Part shown: one piece after another, positions 61,944 through 64,000 of the stretch
How the letters are laid out: the number at the start of each line of letters is the position of its first letter
Numbering within the stretch: the stretch's first letter is position 1
DNA from: Candidatus Coprovivens sp.
Lineage (GTDB): Bacteria; Bacillota_I; Bacilli_A; RF39; UBA660
Length of the DNA: 64,000 bases
Direction: 5' to 3'
Assembly (NCBI GenBank): GCA_051892935.1
Contig: JBJFGS010000031.1
Coordinates: 1 to 64,000 of the forward strand
Notes under the pieces: generated by a model
What the model was told of the DNA's origin: nothing
The model's input: only the letters and a program-made list of their open reading frames with translations
Database searches by the model: none
Made by a program: the position numbers and the translations under genes

Positions 61944-62805
61944 GACAGTTGTTATTACAAAACAATCAAAAATTAGTTATAAAAATAAATTTTTGGTTGT
62001 AAAACAAGATAACGATGAAAAATATGTTCATCTATCAGAGATAGATACGATAATAGTAGATTCTATATCTGTATCTATTTCTGCCTATCTTTTAAAGGAA
62101 TTATCTGATAATAAAATAAACATTATATTTTGTGATGAGAAACATAATCCTTTTGGAGAATTGTCTTCGTATTATTCCAGGCATAATACTAGTAAAAAGA
62201 TAAAAGAGCAGATAGCATGGAAGCAATCTGATAAAGATAAATTATGGTCAAAGTTAGTAAGAAATAAAATTGTTAATCAAGCTATGTTATTGAGGAAGAT
62301 TAATTCTGAAAAATTTGAATTAGTTTTGAGCTATGCGGATGAAGTTGTTAATGGAGATAAGACAAATCGAGAAGGACATTCAGCTAAAGTTTATTTCAAT
62401 GCTTTATTTGGTATGGATTTTGTTAGAAATGAGTCTGATGATATTAATGCGGCATTGAACTATGGTTATGCTATATTATTATCTACGGTAAATAAAGAAG
62501 TTGTTTCAAATGGTTATTTAACGCAATTAGGTGTTCATCATAAAAATGAATTTAATGAATTTAATTTAACTTGCGATTTGATGGAACCTTTTAGAGTTAT
62601 CATTGATAATTTTGTATATTTTAACCAAGGTAGGAAATTAGATACTAATTATAAATTAGATATTGTTAATATTTTTAATAATACGTATAAGTATCAAGGT
62701 AAAAATTATGTATTGAAAGATATTATAAAAATGTTTGTAAAAAATACTTTGAGCTCAGTAGAAGATTTGGATAGTTATAAGGAATTTGTATATTATGAGG
62801 GATAG
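61933..62805 (+). CDS. cas1: Type II Cas1
   Basis: NREGHSAKVYF, NAALNYGY, DLMEPFR. Confidence 0.97.
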   Translation: MSFRTVVITKQSKISYKNKFLVVKQDNDEKYVHLSEIDTIIVDSISVSISAYLLKELSDNKINIIFCDEKHNPFGELSSYYSRHNTSKKIKEQIAWKQSDKDKLWSKLVRNKIVNQAMLLRKINSEKFELVLSYADEVVNGDKTNREGHSAKVYFNALFGMDFVRNESDDINAALNYGYAILLSTVNKEVVSNGYLTQLGVHHKNEFNEFNLTCDLMEPFRVIIDNFVYFNQGRKLDTNYKLDIVNIFNNTYKYQGKNYVLKDIIKMFVKNTLSSVEDLDSYKEFVYYEG

Positions 62806-63115
62806 AGTTATGAGAACGATAGTATTTTTTGATTTACCAAATATTTATGCAAAAGACAAAAGAAATTATTTGAAATTTAGAAAATATTTAATAAATGAAG
62901 GTTTTATAATGATGCAAGAATCGGTTTATTCAAAAATTGTGTTGAACTCTCAACAATCTGAATTTCTAGTAGATAGATTAAAAAAGAATGCTCCCAAAAA
63001 AGGATTAATTCAAGTTTTAACGATTACGGAAAAACAATATGCTCAAATAGAATATATTATTGGTCAAAGCAATTCAAAAATCGTGGATAGTGAAGATAGG
63101 TTGATTGTACTATGA
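62786..63115 (+). CDS. cas2: Cas2
   Basis: FFDLP, GFIMMQESVY, ITEKQY. Confidence 0.96.
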   Translation: MYIMRDRVMRTIVFFDLPNIYAKDKRNYLKFRKYLINEGFIMMQESVYSKIVLNSQQSEFLVDRLKKNAPKKGLIQVLTITEKQYAQIEYIIGQSNSKIVDSEDRLIVL

Positions 63116-63786
63116 ATGTAATAGTCGAATATTTTGATAATATAATAAATTTAAAATTAGATGGTGTTAATGTTGTGGAAATAGAAAATAAAAAGTATTT
63201 TTATAGATTTGTTAATGATCTTTTTTCTATTTGTAATGATGGCTTTGCTGATGATATTACTTTTTTCGAAGAAGAACTAGAAAAAAATATGAATGGAAAA
63301 CTTAAGGTATTTGTTGATTTTTTTGATTTTCAGTTTGATTCCAAAAAATATATTAATGATGTTAGTAAATATGTTAATGAAAATATTGATGATGAAGATA
63401 AAAATGATTTGTTTAATTTGTATAATAGAATTATCAAAGTTTATAAAAAACTATTGAATAGTGTAGATTTACCATTATCTGTAGAAAGTGAAGTTTCAGT
63501 TGATACAATTACAAAATTAGTTAAAGTTAATATTAACTCTAAAGTAGAGTTGTTGGATAATTTGTTTTTATTGGTTGATTTAGAAAAAGTTTTAAAAACT
63601 AATAATTTATTGATATTTATTAACTTAAAGCAATACTTAACAAGAAATGAACTAGTTGAATTATATAAATATGCCATTTACAATAATATTCAATTATTAT
63701 TAGTAGACTCACAGTCGTATGGTGGTACTTTAGAATATGAAAAAAAGCTTATAATAGATGAAAATCTAGATGAATTTATGATATAA
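63112..63786 (+). CDS. csn2: Csn2 (type II-A)
   Basis: 224 aa after cas2; FINLKQYL, IIDENLDE. Confidence 0.92.
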   Translation: MNVIVEYFDNIINLKLDGVNVVEIENKKYFYRFVNDLFSICNDGFADDITFFEEELEKNMNGKLKVFVDFFDFQFDSKKYINDVSKYVNENIDDEDKNDLFNLYNRIIKVYKKLLNSVDLPLSVESEVSVDTITKLVKVNINSKVELLDNLFLLVDLEKVLKTNNLLIFINLKQYLTRNELVELYKYAIYNNIQLLLVDSQSYGGTLEYEKKLIIDENLDEFMI

Positions 63787-63868
63787 TTAGTGTGATATGA
63801 CATAGAAAATACCATTTATAAAACATTAAATTCTCTATGGTAATGTTGATATAGATCTAAAATTTGAG

Positions 63869-64000
63869 GTTTTAGGTCTATGTCATCTTAAATGGTATTA
63901 AAACGTAAAGATAAAATAATTTCTATAACTATATGTTTTAGGTCTATGTCATCTTAAATGGTATTAAAACTGATATAGACTATTCAAAACATACCTTAAA
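63869..64000 (+). CRISPR. Start of CRISPR array: 36-nt repeat GTTTTAGGTCTATGTCATCTTAAATGGTATTAAAAC x2, two 30-nt spacers (continues past window)
   Basis: Repeats at 63869-63904 and 63935-63970; ATTTGAG leader-anchoring sequence. Confidence 0.96.

Noticed and set aside
1008-63677. Short ORFs antisense to or nested in real genes (e.g. 1008, 3000, 10749, 15759, 21940, 22584, 26042, 26443, 32455, 38989, 42564, 45226, 63441)
   Set aside because: Shadow ORFs overlapping well-supported genes, with no motifs
63905-64000. Self-targeting by spacers 1 and 2
   Set aside because: No convincing match seen by eye; a computational search is needed

Overview
Very AT-rich chromosomal window from a walled low-GC Bacillota. 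FemABX, a sortase-type anchor and the short 5S rRNA suggest an RF39-like gut Bacilli; this assignment is an inference. It uses genetic code 11 and nearly all genes are on the + strand. 1-31 kb: mostly housekeeping (tsaE-tsaB-rimI-tsaD, yebC, OmpR/HK pair, femABX, tandem-domain thyX, GH13), plus a Dam-type RM pair, a 4-gene radical SAM/SPASM + Zn-ribbon cluster bounded by identical 27-bp repeats, and a stand-alone 5S rRNA. 31-37 kb: surface proteins, including a SipW-type peptidase/DUF5305/TasA-like operon. 37-64 kb: defence island (Fic, MqsR/MqsA-Panacea-like TA, AlbA/Schlafen ATPase, HEPN, DUF5655 nuclease, type I RM whose hsdS has an (ACAAG)24 switch to a third TRD, topB, type II-A CRISPR-Cas9 with tracrRNA and the array start). 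The most notable unannotated signals are non-coding. Two near-identical type I TA-like modules (21-aa hydrophobic peptide, overlapping leader ORF, convergent antisense RNA) alternate with a degenerate tracrRNA copy and the real tracrRNA just upstream of cas9. There is also a three-copy covarying triple-hairpin element and a promoter/terminator-bounded ~195-nt structured RNA. All calls are from reading the sequence; no searches were run.
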